From positions 1 to 35,991 of the forward strand of contig CAJFCJ010000186.1 of the NCBI GenBank assembly GCA_904063045.1: a stretch of 35,991 nt of DNA. The letters are read 5' to 3'. Under the pieces are notes generated by a model, which did not search any database, was not told the origin of the DNA, and was given only the letters and a program-made list of their open reading frames with translations. Position numbers and translations under genes: made by a program. Positions 31,605-35,991 of this stretch are shown here, one piece after another. The DNA is from Dimorphilus gyrociliatus (Eukaryota; Animalia; Annelida). Positions within the stretch are counted from its first letter, which is position 1. The number at the start of each line of letters is the position of its first letter.

Positions 31605-32221
31605 TTTTGAAAGATAATTATCCTGTCGACTGCGCCAAGTTTGTACTTTCCTGCTATGGGGTTGTAGGTAAGTACTGGTCCAAATAGAACCGAATTAGGA
31701 GACTGCCACTTAGAAGAGATGTAGAATTGAATAAAGATGAATATAGAACCAATTTATAATAACAATATAACTGTATTCTAAAGTAATACTAGACCTGTTC
31801 ACTAAGAGGGTTCATTCAGGACTGAATGCCTCTTACTACCTATGCCCTGTCTTATATACAATTCCTTATCAGTTGTTTGTGCCATTGGTGTCAACAACAA
31901 GGGTCTAACTCCAGATAAGGGTTGTTCACAACAAACAGGGTCAAGGGTTATCATATTATGCAATAGTGATGTAAACAACAACAACTTTGTGTAGGTAAAC
32001 CCTTAAGGGTCAATTGTTACATCATATTTATGTAAATAAACACTTGGTGTTGTTGTCAACATGTTTGGTTATGTAATATCTTATCTTTTGCCTATAAAAG
32101 GGCTTGATTCTGGTAGTTTGGTACTGTCTACCCTAGAGGCAACATCTACTCTACTACTTCTAGCATCATGTGGTAAGTACCATTAATATCATATCTATTA
32201 TCTATAGTTCATAAGTGTACA
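31333..32221 (-). mobile_element. Internally deleted LTR element: 5' LTR (~31642-32221), tRNA-Ser PBS, gag-like 5' stub, and a 16-17-bp remnant of the 3' LTR end
   Basis: TGTAC...GTACA termini, and a TATA-like tatataagacaggg at ~31845-31858. ATAGCAGGAAAGTACAA occurs at both 31641-31657 and 31332-31348. Flanks are ATAAT and ATATT (candidate 5-bp TSD, 1 mismatch). Confidence 0.6.
31620..31637 (-). promoter_or_regulatory. Primer-binding site complementary to the tRNA-Ser 3' end
   Basis: TGGCGCAGTCGACAGGAT, i.e. plus-strand ATCCTGTCGACTGCGCCA, which matches the invertebrate tRNA-Ser end (...ATCCTACCGACTGCG-CCA). It lies 4 nt after GTACA. Confidence 0.8.
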
Positions 32222-33253
32222 ATATTAATGGTACAGAGAGTGCACAGAAAATTCTTTTGAAATTTTTAAATGTTCCACTCTGTAATTTTCATTCAAGTCA
32301 ATTGCATTTCATTTAAAAATTCAAATGAAGATCACTTTGTAGTTATGTATAATGCTAGCAGTGTCTCAGTATGGTAATATCAAAAAATAATGATTTATAG
32401 TTTAATATATTTGCAATAAATATTATTGAGCGATTTTAAAAAAGAGAATTTGTTCAACTGAAATTCAACTAGGTCATTGTGTTCCTCTTATAGTTTTAAT
32501 TGGATTTTTGCTCTTTTTACAGCTAATATTGGAGCCTTTGAATTTGGGTGAATATCAAATGCAAACCTGATGGAACTGTGTCATTTCACCAATTGTTAAC
32601 AATTCATAGTTTCATAAAAGAATATGGAGAAATGAAACAATTCTCCTCATTGTTTCCAGTAATGGCGTCCAAGAAACAGACAACTTATAAGAATTTATGA
32701 ACATTGTCAGAGGCTAGCTATAACAAAACAGTAGTCTTGCACAACTTATTTGAAAAGTACTGTTGATATAAAAAAACCTGTGTAAATATCTGCAAATAGA
32801 AGAGGTACACTCAACAGCATTCCCAGGTTCCTTCAGTCCTCTCCCCTTCATAGATCTTCCTGAATAGACCAGATATTTTAAGTAGTGTAGATTTTCATAA
32901 TTTTGCAGAGAAATGAAGTATGAAAGTCTCTCTGTAATCATGTACAATGTAAGTTCTGTCGAGGCATACCAATATAAAAAGGTTGGAGGTTCATGAAAAC
33001 ACCCACTAACATTTGAATTTGTAACATCAATTGAAGGATTTTCAACGGTTTGGGAGAAGTTAAAAGAGATGATTGTATGTTTTTAAAATGACTCTTTTGC
33101 ATTACAATTCAACTAAACCATTGTGCACTTATAGAGCCTTCTCAGCCAATGTAAAAACTATATACATTGTGGTACTTTCATATAAATAATAATCTCTTCA
33201 CACATAACTACATATACATACAGATATTCTTAAGGAAAAAGCCAACAAAGAGA

Positions 33254-34700
33254 ATGTTAGGTGGACAGAGTTATTTTGCTTTTGCACTGCTGTTTCTTAG
33301 TATTTTTGTTTGTTTGTATATAAGAGTTTTTTTTGAATTTTTTCTTATGTCTTTTTTTTTACAGCTTGTGCAAATGTATTTAAATTCAATGTAAAGTACA
33401 ATTATTTCATTAAGACGAAATCCATGCCACATTTCTGTAGAGAAAAGTTTAACAGTGCTCCAGCTTGCAAGCATGTTTTTTGTTTTAAAAATATTAATTC
33501 AATATTTCAATGTTTATTTCAGCCTTAAAACAACAGCACCTGATGGAACTGAACTGCATAATGTAAATCTTGATCTACCCTCTGCTACTAATTATTATGC
33601 TATTCCACATGGTACATTAAGAGGTGTAACAGAATCCATGATGATTACTCACAGTTATATATGTACTGAAGAAGAGAATTCTGTTTCTTTTGATTTGGAA
33701 TTTCAATTATTCCGTAAAGAATTTTCTTTTACATAAATTTTTACACATTATACATGTCTTTGATTTTTAATCTAGCTGTTGATAAAGTACCTGTAAGATT
33801 TGATCCTGAGATTGATATTTCAACAAATGAAGAATTGTCAAGAGATATTTCTTTCTTGGGTGATGATACAAAAACCTATTGCAAGTATGCTTTACATTAT
33901 ATTTTTGGGAAAGTAACACTTAAGCAATAAAAAATATGATACAAGAGACAAACAAGAAGCTTAATGTAAACCTTTTATTGTTTTCTGGTGCCTCCATCCG
34001 TAATTCTGATGAAGCATTTTTGAATACATACAAAAAAGTTTATATTCCTCAAAGTGGAGTTACTTTTACAGCTACTAAAGTTGGTTCCACAAAATCAACA
34101 CTGATGAGATTAACTTGTGAAAATGAAAATTCTTTTGTATTTAGCCCAAAAATTCCAATTTTTTTACTCCAAATAGTGATCCATGGACTTCTGCATCAGG
34201 TGATCCACATTTTAAACAAATTGTTTTGGATTATCCAAGTCTGATTGCTAAGCCTACATGCTATGATGTTACTGGCTCACCTGGAGATTATTTACACATT
34301 GCTGGCTTTAGCTTTAGTGGAATTCAAGTTTATGAACAGCTTAAGGATGATTACTACATGCATAAGATTATTATAAAATCTGATTTTGGTAAAATAGCTA
34401 CTTCAACTAATAATATAATTCTTGACAATGGGCAACTAATAGAAAAATGATTAAAATACAGAAATCCATACATTATTCTTCAGAAACTCACTTGGATGCC
34501 AGTTTTAAATTGTCACCAAATGATTATAAAGAAATGGATGGACTTATAGGAGATATTGGAAAAAAGAAATACATATTTCATGAAAACATTCAATCAGAAA
34601 GGCACTTTGGATCAAGGTTAATTTCAATTGACATTGATAATAAGATAATAAAGGGGGAAAAAGTGGAAAGAAGTAATGAAGAATGTTGGCTGATTAATGT
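33254..34700 (+). pseudogene. Secreted ITIH-heavy-chain C-terminal-domain-like protein with a GDPH motif; frameshifted and LTR-interrupted
   Basis: Signal MLGGQSYFAFALLFLSIFVS, with several short exons. YALHYIFGKVTLKQ resembles ITIH LWAYLTIxQL. SGDPHF...CYDVTGSPGDYLHI...SGIQVYEQL...HLD...DGLIGDIG...ECWLI matches the ITI_HC_C pattern. One-base shifts occur at ~33928 and ~34447, and an LTR begins at ~34701. Confidence 0.55.
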
Positions 34701-35725
34701 TGTACTTTGTTGTATAGTAATTGTAGGAGTTTCTGGTTCGTCACTACTGATTTGGTCCTTTCCAATCATTTACCAATTTACCAAAGTACTGGTTCAAATA
34801 GAACCTTTCAAGTTCGTCCACAAGCAGTTTAATAAATGTAATTTCAGTAGAAATGAATCAACAAAATACCAGTATTTCGTCCAAAGAATATGTATTGAGT
34901 AAAAACGAGTTTCTAGTTCTAAATAAGCAAGTTTAAACAACTAGCTATCATTTAGAGAACTGAACTATCAACTGTGAATTTTGTAGGGTTTATATACTCT
35001 TTTAAGAGTTGATAGTTCACCAATTTCAATGTTGACAAAAACAAAAGTAACATTTTTAAGACAAAGAAAAGTTGTAAATATGGTCATGTTCTTATTGTTT
35101 TCCTCTTCCAAATAATAGTTGAATTTCAAAGGTTGAAGAGTTGCATAAGATGTAACAATTTTAATAGGACAAGTCGAACAATCAAGAAAACACAAGGATT
35201 ATATATTTGACAGTTTTTGATACTACTTTAATGGTAATAATTGGTTTGAAATAATTTTAGCATGAGTATGTAAGAAGGGAAGATATCTGATGAATATATA
35301 TGTTATGTATAGTCGGATTGTGTATACAATACTACTAATTAATGAATAAAATCTAAAATTGATGAAAAAAGCATATTTGTCATTCAATTAAATTCATTTC
35401 AATTAAAGTTGATAAATTTATAAATTAATTCATTGAAATATTCAAGTTTATGATGGAAATAACTATTTTTATATATGATTTAATAGAATGAATGCAGCAC
35501 CTTGTGTATGTACCACACTATGCAAATCTAGGTCAATCCTGCTTATCTCTATCAGTGTAATCAGCACTGCGCAATACTAGTTTAATACTACTTTTCTATT
35601 GTAAGAGAGAGCTGACGAATATATGTGTACAGCATTGCTTATCTATCAGTGTTATCAGTACTCTACAATACAAGTTGAATACTACTTATCTATAGTAGAA
35701 TAGAGCTGACGAATGTATGTGTACA
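34701..35725 (-). mobile_element. Solo-LTR-like copy of the same Gypsy family
   Basis: Roughly 80% identity by eye to 16026-16330, weaker to ~16710. Same TATA (agtatataaaccctac) and AAAGTACA end. The distal end atgtgtacaaac matches the main LTR start. No clean TSD (AATGT vs AACTT). Confidence 0.7.
35541..35725. repeat. Two-copy 96-bp tandem repeat at the distal end of the solo LTR
   Basis: gcttatct...atcagtgt.atcag.act...caatac...aatactactt...gagctgacgaat.tatgtgtaca starting at 35541 and 35637. Confidence 0.8.
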
Positions 35726-35991
35726 AACTTTATCTAACATTTTTAGCTTTTTATGATTTTAGTACATTTTTAAAAAAATTTATTAATTGTTAATTATTAT
35801 ATTCCCAGTATAATATCATTAGTTCCCAAATTATGATAATATTTTTAACCTTGAAATATCTTTTCCCACCCTCAGGACATTTTTTCCCAACCCCTAAAAG
35901 CAAATGTTTTTAGGCCTACATTTTATGACATAAAAAACAAACATTTGGAGACTAATAAGAGTATTTGGGTGCAAACTGTTAACTCTCATGG

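Noticed and set aside
34080-34165. Apparent frameshift before the GDPH motif
   Set aside because: A 65-bp phase-0 GT-AG intron (34080-34144) restores the frame.
34968-35195. 75-aa ORF in the solo LTR
   Set aside because: It lies in U3 across the TATA box, and I saw no conserved counterpart in the homologous LTR.

Overview
AT-rich eukaryotic (metazoan) genomic DNA with mostly 50-100 bp GT-AG introns and interstitial TTAGGG tracts. This is consistent with a compact spiralian, possibly annelid, genome (inference; no search was run). Host genes from left to right: (1) an intronless ribonuclease-inhibitor-type LRR ORF with a 171-nt period; (2) a small secreted CUB-domain gene; (3) a 23-exon, ~2,010-aa DEG/ENaC channel subunit (7534-15492, minus), assembled by hand; (4) an ARM-like/coiled-coil/Death/TIR/TIR/CaaX gene (24591-~28560, minus); (5) an ITIH-C-terminal-like GDPH gene interrupted by an LTR. 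The channel carries ~1,030 aa of PAN-MAM-Kringle-LDLa-MAM-LDLa-MAM-MAM-LDLa modules inside its finger region and a ~450-aa helical insert before the last beta-strands, and is the most striking object here. A family of Ty3/Gypsy LTR elements with TGTAC...GTACA termini is interleaved. It comprises an element with a class-III-fusogen-like env continuous with the integrase C-terminus, an inverted degenerate env copy across a 453-N gap, an internally deleted tRNA-Ser-primed element, and a solo-LTR-like copy. Gene models are manual, and family calls rest on recognised motifs. Several single-base frameshifts sit in homopolymers and may be assembly errors. Novelty cannot be established without database searches.
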